A DNA stretch of 64,000 nt from an uncultured Bacilli bacterium (GCA_944359015.1 CALVSK010000001.1:3139-67138), one strand, 5' to 3'; positions 1 to 10,776 are shown, counted from the first letter of the stretch. Notes: generated from the letters alone by a model not told the origin. A program made the numbers and translations.

Positions 1-382
1 TATAGAAAAAATGCCTAACCAATATGATGCTTATTTAGCCCAAAGAGGAACAAATATATCTGGTGGTCAAAAACAACGAATATCAATTGCTAGAGCAATA
101 GCAAGAAATCCAGAAATATACATATTTGATGACAGTTTTTCAGCATTAGATTATAAAACAGATTACATTTTAAGAAAAGAGTTAAAAAAATATACAAAAG
201 ATGCAACAACATTTATAGTAGCACAAAGAATAGGTACTATAATGAATGCCGATAAAATAATAGTATTAGATAAGGGAAAATGTGTAGGTATGGGAACACA
301 TAAAGAATTATTAAAGAAATGCAGTGTATATAAAGAAATAGCATTGTCTCAATTAAGTGAGGAGGAATTAGAAAATGCCTAA
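1..382 (+). CDS. ABC transporter ATP-binding/permease protein, C-terminal fragment (continues upstream of window)
   Basis: Open frame from window edge; ABC signature LSGGQKQRISIARAI and D-loop FDDSFSALD; overlaps start of next ABC gene (heterodimeric exporter pair). Confidence 0.8.
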   Translation, partial: IEKMPNQYDAYLAQRGTNISGGQKQRISIARAIARNPEIYIFDDSFSALDYKTDYILRKELKKYTKDATTFIVAQRIGTIMNADKIIVLDKGKCVGMGTHKELLKKCSVYKEIALSQLSEEELENA

Positions 383-2339
383 GCCAATGGGAAACAAAAG
401 TAATTTTGAACGACCAAATGATTTTAAAAGTGCAATGAAAAAGCTAGTGCATTATTTAAATAAATTTCACACATTGTTAATAATAGCATTTTCATTAGCA
501 GCAATAAGTTCAATCCTATCAATAGTAGCACCAAATAAATTAAGTAGTATGACTGATATAATAACAGAAGGATTAGCTCCCAATTTAACAGAAGAAACGA
601 TTAACAGCATAATAGAAGATGAGGATATATCAAATGAAGATAAAAAAGAGTTTTTAACCTATATAAAAACAATTGATGAAAATACATCTAGTAATGATAT
701 TTTAAAAAAATTAGATACTATGCCTCAAGATATTCAGGAATACATAAAACCCAAAATAGATTTTACAGCCATAAAAAAAATAGCTATAGTATTAGGAATA
801 ATGTATATAATAAGTGCAATATTTAGTTTTTTTCAACATTTCTTTATGGCAACAGTATCTAATAATTTTGGTAAAGAATTAAGAAATAAAATTATTAATA
901 AAATAAATAAACTACCATTAAAATTTTTTGATAATAATTCAACCGGTGATATCCTTTCAAGAATTACAAATGATGTAGACACTGTAACGCAAACATTAAG
1001 CCAAAGCATAGGTTCATTAGTAGGAGCGATAACACTTGTTATTGGAAGTGTAATAATGATGTTTTATACTAATTTTATAATGGCAATTTCAGCTATATTG
1101 GCAAGTTTAATTGGTTTTTCATTAATGACAATAATATTAAAAAATTCTCAAAAATATTTCATAGCAAGACAAGAAGAATTAGGAAACATGAACGGACATA
1201 TAGAAGAAATATATTCAGGTCATAATGTTGTAAAAGTGTATAATGGTAAAAAATCTGCAGATAAAAAATTTGATGAATTAAATGAAAGAGTATTTAATTC
1301 TGTTAAAAAGAGTCAATTTTTATCAGGATTAATGCAACCAATTATGATGTTTATAGGTAATTTAAGTTATGTTACAGTATGTATAGTTGGGGCACTTTTA
1401 GCAATGAATGGGTACATAACATTTGGAGTAATAGTTGCCTTCATTGTGTATATTAGATTATTTACAAATCCATTATCACAAATAGCTCAAGCAATGACTT
1501 CTCTACAATCAGCTGCCGCTGCATCAGAAAGAATATTTGAATTTTTAGAAGAAAAAGCAATGTCAGATGAAAAAGATATTACAAAAGAATTAAATAAAGA
1601 TGAAGTTAAAGGTAATGTAGAATTTAAAAATGTAAAATTTGGATATAATCCCGATAGAATAATAATTAAAGATTTCAGTGCCAAAGTTAAACCAGGTCAA
1701 AAAATAGCAATAGTGGGCCCAACTGGAGCAGGAAAAACAACAATGGTAAATTTATTAATGAAATTTTACGAAATTAATTCCGGAGACATACTAATTGATG
1801 GAATATCAATTAAAGAGTTAAAAAGGGAAAATGTTCATGAATTATTTACGATGGTTCTACAAGATACTTGGTTATTTAATGGAACGGTAAAAGAAAATAT
1901 TGTATATAATCAAGATAATCTATCTGAAAAAAGGGTAAAAGAAGTATGCGAAATAGTAGGAGTTGACCATTTCATAAAATCTTTACCACAATCATATGAT
2001 ACCATTATCGAAGACAACGATACGATATCCTCAGGTCAAAAGCAACTTATAACAATAGCTAGAGGAATGTTATCTCACACTCCATTTTTAATATTAGATG
2101 AAGCAACAAGTAATGTAGATACTAGAACAGAAGAATTAGTTCAAAAAGCAATGGATAAATTAATGGAAGGAAGAACATCATTTATAATTGCCCACAGGTT
2201 ATCAACAATAAAAAACGCTGATTTAATATTAGTTATGAAAGATGGAAATATAATAGAACAAGGAAATCATGATGAATTAATGAAGAAAAAAGGCTTTTAT
2301 GAGTCGATGTATAGTTCGCAATTTGAAAAAGTTAGTTAG
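375..2339 (+). CDS. ABC transporter permease/ATP-binding protein (MsbA/MdlB-like exporter half-transporter)
   Basis: 654 aa; N-terminal 6-TM domain, Walker A GPTGAGKTT, signature SSGQKQLITIARG, Walker B ILDEATS. Confidence 0.85.
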   Translation: MPKPMGNKSNFERPNDFKSAMKKLVHYLNKFHTLLIIAFSLAAISSILSIVAPNKLSSMTDIITEGLAPNLTEETINSIIEDEDISNEDKKEFLTYIKTIDENTSSNDILKKLDTMPQDIQEYIKPKIDFTAIKKIAIVLGIMYIISAIFSFFQHFFMATVSNNFGKELRNKIINKINKLPLKFFDNNSTGDILSRITNDVDTVTQTLSQSIGSLVGAITLVIGSVIMMFYTNFIMAISAILASLIGFSLMTIILKNSQKYFIARQEELGNMNGHIEEIYSGHNVVKVYNGKKSADKKFDELNERVFNSVKKSQFLSGLMQPIMMFIGNLSYVTVCIVGALLAMNGYITFGVIVAFIVYIRLFTNPLSQIAQAMTSLQSAAAASERIFEFLEEKAMSDEKDITKELNKDEVKGNVEFKNVKFGYNPDRIIIKDFSAKVKPGQKIAIVGPTGAGKTTMVNLLMKFYEINSGDILIDGISIKELKRENVHELFTMVLQDTWLFNGTVKENIVYNQDNLSEKRVKEVCEIVGVDHFIKSLPQSYDTIIEDNDTISSGQKQLITIARGMLSHTPFLILDEATSNVDTRTEELVQKAMDKLMEGRTSFIIAHRLSTIKNADLILVMKDGNIIEQGNHDELMKKKGFYESMYSSQFEKVS

Positions 2340-2401
2340 AGAAGTGGACAAACATAGTTTCTCTTTTTTTTGTGCTGAATAAATTGTAATAGAGGTGAAA
2401 A

Positions 2402-3343
2402 ATGAATTATTTAATATATCCAATAAAATTAATGAATATAACGCAAACATATGAAAATGACTTTACTCACAAAAGACATACAATTGGAAAGCCAAAGGAC
2501 TATCCAATAGATGATAATTGTGGTTCGACAAAAAAAGATGGATATTTTTATTGTCCATGTGATGAAATGATTGTAAAAAAAATATATGGAGTAGGAACTA
2601 ATTCTACAAACGTATTATGGTTAGAATCAGTAACGCCTGTTATTACTCCAAAATTTAATGACTATATTACAATAATGGTAGGACATATAGATGATAGTGA
2701 ACTAAAAAAAATAAGCATTGGTCAAAAATTTAAGAGAAAAGAAAAAATAGCACTTGAAGGAACTGATGGCAATGTTACTGGAGCACATTTTCACATTGTT
2801 ATAGGAAGAGGAAAACTTCAAGGGAGTGGATGGATAAAAAATACAAATAATATATGGGTAATAAATACAACAGGTGGTGCAGTAAAACCAGAAGAGGCCT
2901 TTTATATAGATAAAGATTTTACGACAGTAAAAAGCACAGGCAATTTAAAATTTTTAGAAATAAATTATCAAAAACCAAATTACTATTATATAATGGCTAA
3001 ATCTCTTAATGTTAGAATAGGCCCTAGTACAAGGTATAAAGTTGTTAATACATTGCCAAGAAATACTAGAATAATCATAAAGGAATTTGAAAATGGCTGG
3101 GGAAAAATAAGTGATAAAGAATATGTATCGGGGAATTATATAACTCCAGATGAACCAATAAAGTATTATGAAATTAAGATAACAACACCAGATTCGTTAA
3201 ATGTAAGAAAATATCCATCTGGTAACATATTAACGACAAACTCACCATTACCAAAAGATACAACAGTAGCAATAATGGAAATTAAAAAAAACTGGGTTAA
3301 GATTAATACTGATAGGTGGGTTTATAAAGAATATCTTAAGTAG
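2402..3343 (+). CDS. M23-like peptidase domain protein with two C-terminal SH3b-type repeats (cell-wall hydrolase-like)
   Basis: GNVTGAHFHIVIG resembles lysostaphin-type HxH motif; two repeats of the SLNVR..Y.....L....V/I pattern typical of bacterial SH3 domains; no clear signal peptide. Confidence 0.45.
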   Translation: MNYLIYPIKLMNITQTYENDFTHKRHTIGKPKDYPIDDNCGSTKKDGYFYCPCDEMIVKKIYGVGTNSTNVLWLESVTPVITPKFNDYITIMVGHIDDSELKKISIGQKFKRKEKIALEGTDGNVTGAHFHIVIGRGKLQGSGWIKNTNNIWVINTTGGAVKPEEAFYIDKDFTTVKSTGNLKFLEINYQKPNYYYIMAKSLNVRIGPSTRYKVVNTLPRNTRIIIKEFENGWGKISDKEYVSGNYITPDEPIKYYEIKITTPDSLNVRKYPSGNILTTNSPLPKDTTVAIMEIKKNWVKINTDRWVYKEYLK

Positions 3344-3392
3344 TATTGCTTAAAAAAAGAAATTAATGTAAAATAATGCTAGGTGGTAAAAT

Positions 3393-3836
3393 ATGAATGA
3401 AGTATATAAATTTGCACTAAATTTTAAAAGAAGACATTCTGGTGGGATAGCATGGCGATTAAAAAAACATTGTGAAGTAGTAGAAAAACATTTAAATCCA
3501 GGAGAAAAAGTAATTTTTGCATTTGCAGGGCAAAAAAATTCAAAATTTTATGAGATTTTTACAACTTGTGTAATAGTTTTGACAAACAAGAGAATTTTAA
3601 TAGGACAAAAAAGAGTAGTATGGGGATATTTTTTGAGTTCAATAACACCAGATTTATATAACGATTTATTTGTATATCAAGGACTTATTTGGGGAATGAT
3701 AAAAATTGACACAGTAAAAGAAGAAATAACAATCACAAATTTACCAAAGTCAGGCTTAGATGAAATTGAAACAAATATTACCGAACTAATGATGAGTGAA
3801 AAACAAAAATATCCTCATCAAGAAGTAAAGCATTAG
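3393..3836 (+). CDS. hypothetical protein, bacterial PH-like domain
   Basis: 147 aa ORF, good RBS (aggtgg), composition consistent with coding; weak resemblance to bPH/YokE-like domain. Confidence 0.4.
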   Translation: MNEVYKFALNFKRRHSGGIAWRLKKHCEVVEKHLNPGEKVIFAFAGQKNSKFYEIFTTCVIVLTNKRILIGQKRVVWGYFLSSITPDLYNDLFVYQGLIWGMIKIDTVKEEITITNLPKSGLDEIETNITELMMSEKQKYPHQEVKH

Positions 3837-3837
3837 T

Positions 3838-4899
3838 ATGAAAGTAAAAATTTTTGTAATAGTAATTATAATAATATTTGCAATATTTTTATACTTTTAT
3901 TTAAGACCAACAACATACCAAACGAGCTACAACATAAATAATATAAAAATAATAGAGAACTATAATGTTAAAGATAGTATTTATGAATTTGAAATAACCT
4001 ATGAAGATATTCAATTTTCAATAATTTCACTGTCGAAATATACATCGAAAAGAAATTTAATAAAAAATGTGTTAGTAGAAAATAATGAAGAAGAAATATG
4101 TTTAAATTTTGAAGCAACAGAAGTAGAATTATATCCAATATGTTATGATGGCAAAACATATTATAGCAAATATATAGAAAACAATATTGAGTTTACAAAA
4201 CAAGAAGAATTTAAAAATATAGAAATTGACCAATTAGATGAAAAAACATACATGTTATGGAACTATAATTCGTTTATTCATTTAAAAGACAATGAAAGAC
4301 AAGAAATAAAAGTTTTTAATAATGATATATATAATATGAATCTTATTTATAAATATAGTAAATATTTAATTTTACCAGATTATGAACAAAACTATCAATT
4401 TAATCAATTTATAATTATAGACAGTGTAAAAGGAACAAAAAAAGAATTAAAACTTCGTTACCAACCGTATTTTGACAGTTACTTTTTGGGAGATTATGAA
4501 GAAAAAATATATTTATATGACCCAAAAGAAGAACAAGAATATTATTTAGATATGAAAAAAGAAGAGATATACACCACCAAGAATCAGATATTAATTGATG
4601 GTGATTGGGAGAGCGTAAGTACACAAAAATTAAAGAATAACAAATTAAAATTTGAAGAATCTAAAAAATTTGAATATATAATTAAAGATAATAAATTATA
4701 CTTAAATGTAAATAATAAAAACTTATTAATTAGTAGTAGAAACGTAAATAATATAGTGGAAACCTTTGATTTAGAAGTATATTATTTATCAGAAGATACG
4801 TTATATAAATTTAATCCATATGAAGGGGAAAAAACATTAATAAAATATACTGAATGGAATTTTAATAAAGATAACATGATTTATATATTTAATAATTAA
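3838..4899 (+). CDS. hypothetical membrane-anchored protein
   Basis: 353 aa, single N-terminal TM helix (IFVIVIIIIFAIFLYFYL), translationally coupled to upstream gene. Confidence 0.4.
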   Translation: MKVKIFVIVIIIIFAIFLYFYLRPTTYQTSYNINNIKIIENYNVKDSIYEFEITYEDIQFSIISLSKYTSKRNLIKNVLVENNEEEICLNFEATEVELYPICYDGKTYYSKYIENNIEFTKQEEFKNIEIDQLDEKTYMLWNYNSFIHLKDNERQEIKVFNNDIYNMNLIYKYSKYLILPDYEQNYQFNQFIIIDSVKGTKKELKLRYQPYFDSYFLGDYEEKIYLYDPKEEQEYYLDMKKEEIYTTKNQILIDGDWESVSTQKLKNNKLKFEESKKFEYIIKDNKLYLNVNNKNLLISSRNVNNIVETFDLEVYYLSEDTLYKFNPYEGEKTLIKYTEWNFNKDNMIYIFNN

Positions 4900-4942
4900 C
4901 CAAATAAATATAAAAACATATCCTATTATTAGGAGTGATAAC

Positions 4943-5392
4943 ATGTTTGATAAATATAAAATAAGGCCAGATGATGATTTAAAGAAAATTGCATTAAGAT
5001 TTAATACTAATCCTGAAATGATTATGGATATAAACAATTTATATTTTGAAGATGAATTTAGAGCAGGAATGGAGATAATAGTACCTAAAGGAAAAGAGAA
5101 ATATTTTAATATTTACACAATTGAAAAAGGAGATTCATTATACAAAATTGCAGAAAAGTATAACATTAATCCAACATTATTAGCAAGTTTAAATGGGCTA
5201 AATATGGAAGACTACATATATCCAAACCAAGAAATATTAATACCCAAAAGTGGATATAGTTACTATATTACAGCCGAAGGTGATACATTAGATACAGTAG
5301 CAAAAACATTTAATATAAAGAAGGCTGATTTATTAAACCAAAATGATACAATATACTTATTAAAAGATCAAATATTAGTAGCCAAAAGATAA
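4943..5392 (+). CDS. LysM domain peptidoglycan-binding protein (three LysM repeats)
   Basis: Three ~45-aa repeats with LysM pattern (Y.I..GD.L..IA..Y......L...N). Confidence 0.7.
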   Translation: MFDKYKIRPDDDLKKIALRFNTNPEMIMDINNLYFEDEFRAGMEIIVPKGKEKYFNIYTIEKGDSLYKIAEKYNINPTLLASLNGLNMEDYIYPNQEILIPKSGYSYYITAEGDTLDTVAKTFNIKKADLLNQNDTIYLLKDQILVAKR

Positions 5393-5456
5393 AAATATGG
5401 TCTATGCATCATATTTTTTTTATGATAAAATAATTATATGAAAAGGGTGCGATAGG

Positions 5457-7061
5457 ATGATTTTAAAAAAGCCATATGGTTTATTAATAAAACATTTTAG
5501 ATTAATACACATAATAATAACTGCATTAATGCTTTATGTTTCAATAAGTTCATATCGTGTCTTAAAATTTTTTAGTGACTTTATAAAAAATGGCTATTCT
5601 GTAACAGTATTAGATAATATGGCATCTCACTATATTAGTGGATTTATTTATATAGTCATAATATTAATAATAACAATAATAATAGCGGTATATATATTGT
5701 TAAAAGACAAGAAGAAACCAAATAAAATATATTTATTAACAATCATATATTATGCAGTTTTAATTGTAGCACTATATATATCTGCAACCCTTATAAATGG
5801 ATTAAGTGATGCCTTATGGAAAACTGCATCTGCTCGTATTTATCGAGATATATCCCAAATTATTTATTATCCTCAATTTATATTTATTATAATAATGGCA
5901 ATTAGGGGATTAGGGTTTAATATAAAGCAATTTAATTTTAAAAGTGATTTAAAAGACTTGGAAATTACAGCGGAAGATAGTGAAGAAATTGAATTAAATT
6001 TAAATTTTCAAACATATAAATTTACAAGATTAATCAGAAGATTTATTAGAGAGTTTTATTATTATTATTTAGAAAATAAATTAATATTTAACATAATATT
6101 TGGTGTAGTAGTTATAATAACTATATTTTTAGGTATAAAAAGTTATGAAAAAATTAAATATACCTATAATGAAGGAAAAAGTTTTACATATAATGGATTT
6201 AATATAAATGTTGAAGATAGTATAATTACAAATGTCGATTTAGCTGGTAATGAAATTGTAAAAGATAAATATTATTTAGTACTAAGGATTAATATAACTA
6301 ATACTACATTAAATGATAAAAAGTTAGATTATAACAGTTTAAAAATTTATATTGGAAGTGATTACATATATCCATCATTAGATATAGGAAAATATTTTTA
6401 TGATTACGGAGACCCTTATATGGGTATGAGTATAGGAATTAAAGAGAATAAAACTGTAATAATACCATATATATTAGAAGAAAGCCAAGTAAAAAGCACC
6501 TATAATTTGAGAATATATGCTGGAGAGGCCACCAAATCAAAAGATTTTTTAGCCAAAACAATAGTAGTAAAAATTAAGCCGCAAAAAATGTTTGATGTTG
6601 AAACAGTAAGAACAGCAAAAATAGGAGAAAAGGTGTCATTTTCTTCAACGCTATTAAATAATACATCTCTTACAATAAACAGTATAGAATATAATACAAG
6701 TTATACATATACGTATGAAAATTGTTTTCATGATAGTTGTAGGACCTACACGGATATGGTTCTTACTGAAAGTAATAATATGAAAAAACAATTGCTACTT
6801 ATTATGGATTATGAATTTGAAATCGATAAAGAAGTGCCAGCATATCAAAATATAAAAAGTGTAAATAATTTTGCAAATACATTTATGTCGCTAGAATATA
6901 CGATATCGGGAAAGACATATAGAGGTAAAGTAAAAGATTTAACTCCATCAAAAGTAAATGATAAATTAATATTGCAAACAGACTCAAGTATTGAAGAAGC
7001 AGAAAGTGTAAATTTAATAATAACAATTAGAAATAGAAGATATAAAATAAATTTAAAATAA
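5457..7061 (+). CDS. hypothetical multi-pass membrane protein with large extracytoplasmic C-terminal domain
   Basis: 534 aa; 4-5 N-terminal TM helices then hydrophilic beta-rich domain. Confidence 0.4.
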   Translation: MILKKPYGLLIKHFRLIHIIITALMLYVSISSYRVLKFFSDFIKNGYSVTVLDNMASHYISGFIYIVIILIITIIIAVYILLKDKKKPNKIYLLTIIYYAVLIVALYISATLINGLSDALWKTASARIYRDISQIIYYPQFIFIIIMAIRGLGFNIKQFNFKSDLKDLEITAEDSEEIELNLNFQTYKFTRLIRRFIREFYYYYLENKLIFNIIFGVVVIITIFLGIKSYEKIKYTYNEGKSFTYNGFNINVEDSIITNVDLAGNEIVKDKYYLVLRINITNTTLNDKKLDYNSLKIYIGSDYIYPSLDIGKYFYDYGDPYMGMSIGIKENKTVIIPYILEESQVKSTYNLRIYAGEATKSKDFLAKTIVVKIKPQKMFDVETVRTAKIGEKVSFSSTLLNNTSLTINSIEYNTSYTYTYENCFHDSCRTYTDMVLTESNNMKKQLLLIMDYEFEIDKEVPAYQNIKSVNNFANTFMSLEYTISGKTYRGKVKDLTPSKVNDKLILQTDSSIEEAESVNLIITIRNRRYKINLK

Positions 7062-7385
7062 AAAGTCAAAAAGATTTTTTATTTTTTTATATAGAAAAAT
7101 AATTATCACAGTTTATAAGCAAAAAAAGAATAGCAAGTATTTTGCTTAATTATATGTTCGATGAACACTCGATATTATATATTTATTTTAAGAATAAAAA
7201 GACATTATGCGTATGTTTTTTTGAACTATAATCAATAATATAAATATTAATAACATTTTTTGGAGCATTTCATAAAAACTAATTAAATAAATAAAAATAC
7301 ATTTTAAGGGTAAAATCTTTTATAAAACCATATCATAATTATCTTTTTTTTGCATAAAATCTTAATAATAAAACATTTACTCTAA

Positions 7386-7414
7386 TTGACAAAGATTAAA
7401 CATTAGTGTAAAAT
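7386..7414 (+). promoter_or_regulatory. sigma-A type promoter for tRNA-Cys (TTGACA-17-TAAAAT)
   Basis: TTGACA at 7386-7391, 17-nt spacer, TAAAAT at 7409-7414, about 40 nt upstream of tRNA. Confidence 0.5.
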
Positions 7415-7453
7415 TGTATATACATGAATTATTTTAATAGTTCATTAAAAAGT

Positions 7454-7528
7454 GGAACCGTAGCCAAGTGGCTAAGGCGTGGGTCTGCAACACCCTGATC
7501 GCCGGTTCAAATCCGGCCGGTTCCTCCA
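7454..7528 (+). tRNA. tRNA-Cys (anticodon GCA), CCA encoded
   Basis: Acceptor stem GGAACCG/CGGTTCC, T-arm GCCGG-TTCAAAT-CCGGC, anticodon loop CTGCAAC, discriminator T then CCA. Confidence 0.9.
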
Positions 7529-7542
7529 AATTAAAAATGAAA

Positions 7543-7570
7543 AGAGCCAAGAAAATTGGCTCTTTTGTAT
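7543..7570 (+). terminator. intrinsic terminator after tRNA-Cys
   Basis: Hairpin AGAGCCAA-gaaaa-TTGGCTCT followed by TTTTGTATT. Confidence 0.6.
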
Positions 7571-7612
7571 TAGAAAATATTAACTTTTTATAATATTTTA
7601 ATTAAAATTTAT

Positions 7613-8130
7613 TATACTTCCAAAACCCCTAACTTTTCACACATTAACTCATATCTGGCCATTAATTTTGAAAATGCAAATATAAGTTTCTTTCCAATAT
7701 AAACTTTTATCTCACCATCTTTGCCTAACCCAGTTTTCACTTTTGTTATATCGGAAATTTTGTATTCCTTACGCTTTTGAAGAAAACCTTTAACTTTAAT
7801 TGTGTCATTATAAACTGATATACAACTTTAATTTAAAATTTTTTCAAAGGCTAGAAAAAATAATGATATACCTATAAATATTGGATAAACCACATAAGTA
7901 TTACTATCTTTAATAATATATGGATAAAGCAATATTGAAAAAACTACAACAAAAATAGCGAAAAGGTACATAGTTCTTACTAAGGCAGGAGAATATCTAA
8001 TCTCAAAATTATTTATTGTCATATTTTTATTTTGTTTTTTTGCACTTAATTTAGCCACTGCAAATATACTCCCACAGCTAACGGCAGTAATAAAAGTACT
8101 AACAGTATCTTCTAAGTTCATAATAATCAC
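7613..8130 (-). pseudogene. 2-TM bPH_2 (YdbS/YdbT-like) membrane protein gene interrupted by an in-frame TAA stop
   Basis: ORF 7828-8130 (two TM helices) is followed in the SAME frame, after a single TAA at 7828-7830, by 72 more sense codons (7616-7827) encoding a PH-like domain (..KVKGFLQKRKEYKISDITKVKTGLGKDGEIKVYIGKKLIFAFSK..) before the next stop. Confidence 0.45.
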
Positions 8131-8357
8131 TTCACCAAAATTATAACATTTTTTTTAAAAGCAAATCAATGTATTTGAAAGGAAGATAATGATTATTGTT
8201 AATTTTCATTTGGAATTCCGTTTTTATTAAAAAATGATAAGCACAAAACAAAACTTTGTCTAAAAATTTGTGATTATATGGTGAAAAACAAAATAATACA
8301 AAACAAATATAATTCCAATAATTACCGTTACTTTTACATTAATTTATACAAGAATTG

Positions 8358-8386
8358 TTGCTATTTGTCGATTAATTGGTTATAAT
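8358..8386 (+). promoter_or_regulatory. sigma-A type promoter (TTGCTA-17-TATAAT) for signal peptidase gene
   Basis: Near-consensus -35/-10 with 17-nt spacer about 25 nt upstream of ORF at 8410. Confidence 0.5.
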
Positions 8387-8409
8387 AAAAAAGAATAGGG
8401 AAGTGTGGT

Positions 8410-9198
8410 ATGAATTCCAATGTTAAACAAAAATTAACATTTCGAGAAGTATTAAAAACATTTTCAACTATAATAAGTTGGACAATTTTTGTGTTGCTCA
8501 TGATTTGTGCCATATTTCTAATATATTATTTTATAGCCACTCGAATCTATATGGCTAAAGGAAGTAAATATGAGCCAAAATTTTCCTTATATACCATAAT
8601 TAGTCCTAGTATGGTACCTAACATAAATGTATATGATGTTATAATAGATTCTAGAGTTGATAGTCCAAGTGAAATAGAAATAGGGGATGTAATAACCTTT
8701 TATTCCGATGCCCCAGAAGTAAATGGTGGAACAGTTACTCATAGAGTAATATCGATTATTAAAGATAAATCTGGTAAATATAGTTATCAAACTAAAGGTG
8801 ACAATAATATAATCGAAGATAGTTCAACAGTACCATTTGAAAAAATAGTAGGAAAAGTAGTGCTAAAAATCCCACAATTAGGAAGAGTACAATTTTTCTT
8901 AGCAAGTAACATGGGATGGTTATTTCTTATTTTAATACCAGCACTTTACATTATTTTTAAAGATATTTTCAAATTATTTAAAATAAAAGCTATAACAAAT
9001 AAAACTGGTATAAAAATTAAAAATCCTTTTTTAGCAAAATTAAAATTTATAATGACAAAACCGCTTCTTCCTTTTAAAAAGAAAAAGTTATTAACATATA
9101 CACCTCCAAAACTTGATTTAAAAGATGAAGTATTTAAAGAAAACTATTATGAAGATATAGATGAAATAGAAATAAGTGATTTACCAAAATTAAAGTAA
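8410..9198 (+). CDS. signal peptidase I (S26 family, SipW-like) with C-terminal extension
   Basis: N-terminal TM; catalytic-Ser box ISPSMVP; conserved GDNN box; C-terminal second TM and Lys-rich tail. Confidence 0.65.
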   Translation: MNSNVKQKLTFREVLKTFSTIISWTIFVLLMICAIFLIYYFIATRIYMAKGSKYEPKFSLYTIISPSMVPNINVYDVIIDSRVDSPSEIEIGDVITFYSDAPEVNGGTVTHRVISIIKDKSGKYSYQTKGDNNIIEDSSTVPFEKIVGKVVLKIPQLGRVQFFLASNMGWLFLILIPALYIIFKDIFKLFKIKAITNKTGIKIKNPFLAKLKFIMTKPLLPFKKKKLLTYTPPKLDLKDEVFKENYYEDIDEIEISDLPKLK

Positions 9199-9302
9199 AA
9201 CTGGGTGTTTAATAAATATCCAGTTTATTTTATATAAAAGTCATAAAAATTGACTAAGAAAATATAATATGTTAAGATTTAGTTAATTAAAGGAGGTAAT
9301 TA

Positions 9303-10544
9303 ATGCGAAAAATCTTAAAGAATTATAAAAGCACTATTATATTATTAAGTTGTGTAATAATTGGTGCGATTTGTGGCTTGATTTTTAAAGAAAAAGCAGA
9401 AATAGTAAAACCTTTAGGAGACTTATTTTTAAATTTATTATTAGTAATAATAGTTCCGTTGATATTTTTTACAATAACATCATCGATTTCAAAAATGAAA
9501 CAGCCAAAACGATTAAGTAAAATATTAATTAGCACAATAATAGTATTTTTACTTACTTCAGTTATAGCAGTTTTAGTAGGTTTTGTAGGTTTTAATACTG
9601 TTAATTTAGTTAATAATAATGATACAAACAGTATTAAAGAAATTTTTGCCCCAAGTACAGAAGAAGAAATAGAATTAAACATATTAGAAAGAACAGTTAA
9701 TGTATTAACAACAAACCAATTTGGTAATCTATTAACAACTGACAATTTAATAGCTTTAATAGTAATGTCAATATTATTCGGAATAGCTATTAATAAAAGT
9801 GGAGAAAAAGGAAAGAAAATAGCAGAATTATTTGATTCATTCAGTGAAGTTATGTACAAATTAATTGAAGTAATAATGATTTATGCACCGATTGGGTTAG
9901 GATGTTATTTTGCGGCGTTAGTTGGAACAATGGGAAGTATAATAGCGGTAGGATTTTTGAAAACATTTGTAGTATATTTAGTAACAAGTATATTATTTAT
10001 GGTAATATTTTACACATTATATGCCTATGTATCTGGGGGAAGAAAAGGTATAAAATCATTTTGGAAAAATATAATACCATCAGCATTAACATCGTTAGGA
10101 ACATGTTCATCAGCAGCAAGTGTACCAATAAATATTGAATGTACTAAAAATATTGGGGTACCAGAAGATATAGCAGAAACTACAGTATCCTTAGGAACAA
10201 GTTTTCATAAAGATGGCTCATCAATCGGTAGTGTATTTAAAATAATGTTTTTAGTTTGCTTATTTGGCACAAGTTTAACAACATTTGGAAGTATTGCAGA
10301 AGTAATAGGTGTAGCATTATTAGCAACTTTATTAGTTACAGCAGTACCAATTGGTGGAGGTACAATATCAGAAATGTTGATAATTACGATGTTGGGATAT
10401 CCAGTTGAGGCCTTGCCAATTTTAACAATTATTGCTACAATAATAGATGCACCAGCAACATTGCTTAATGTTGTAGGTGATTCCGCAAGTGCAATGCTTG
10501 TAACCAGAAGTGTTGAAGGGAAGAATTGGTTAAAAGAAAAGTAA
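9303..10544 (+). CDS. dicarboxylate/amino acid:cation symporter (SDF/DAACS family)
   Basis: 413 aa polytopic membrane protein; conserved SDF motifs (..GLGCYFAALVGTMG.., SSAASVPI, hairpin-loop G-rich segments). Confidence 0.75.
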   Translation: MRKILKNYKSTIILLSCVIIGAICGLIFKEKAEIVKPLGDLFLNLLLVIIVPLIFFTITSSISKMKQPKRLSKILISTIIVFLLTSVIAVLVGFVGFNTVNLVNNNDTNSIKEIFAPSTEEEIELNILERTVNVLTTNQFGNLLTTDNLIALIVMSILFGIAINKSGEKGKKIAELFDSFSEVMYKLIEVIMIYAPIGLGCYFAALVGTMGSIIAVGFLKTFVVYLVTSILFMVIFYTLYAYVSGGRKGIKSFWKNIIPSALTSLGTCSSAASVPINIECTKNIGVPEDIAETTVSLGTSFHKDGSSIGSVFKIMFLVCLFGTSLTTFGSIAEVIGVALLATLLVTAVPIGGGTISEMLIITMLGYPVEALPILTIIATIIDAPATLLNVVGDSASAMLVTRSVEGKNWLKEK

Positions 10545-10574
10545 AGATACGATGATTCAAACTAAGTAACTTTA

Positions 10575-10770
10575 TTAAAATTTTATTTACAGAGATAAAA
10601 TACAATAGTTGAGAGTATTTTAAAAATTAATAAAGCGAATTTCAATTGAGGAGTATTGTGGGATAAGTCCCTTATAATTTAAAGAGTATGAATTAAGATT
10701 CATAAACTAAGGTGGTACCGCGGGTAAAACTCGTCCTTAATTAGTTTATGGATTTTTTTATTTTTAGGAG
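10575..10770 (+). promoter_or_regulatory. T-box riboswitch leader (Phe specifier UUC) with terminator, controlling pheS-pheT
   Basis: AGAGA / GAGAGTA stem-I elements, UUCA specifier context, conserved T-box AAACTAAGGTGGTACCGCGG, terminator hairpin CATAAACTAA..TTAGTTTATG plus T-tract. Confidence 0.75.
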
Positions 10771-10776
10771 GAAGAA

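Noticed and set aside
9323-9859. 178-aa minus-strand ORF inside the SDF symporter gene
   Set aside because: Antisense to a well-supported transporter CDS. Low-complexity Ile/Asn-rich translation typical of AT-rich antisense frames. No RBS.
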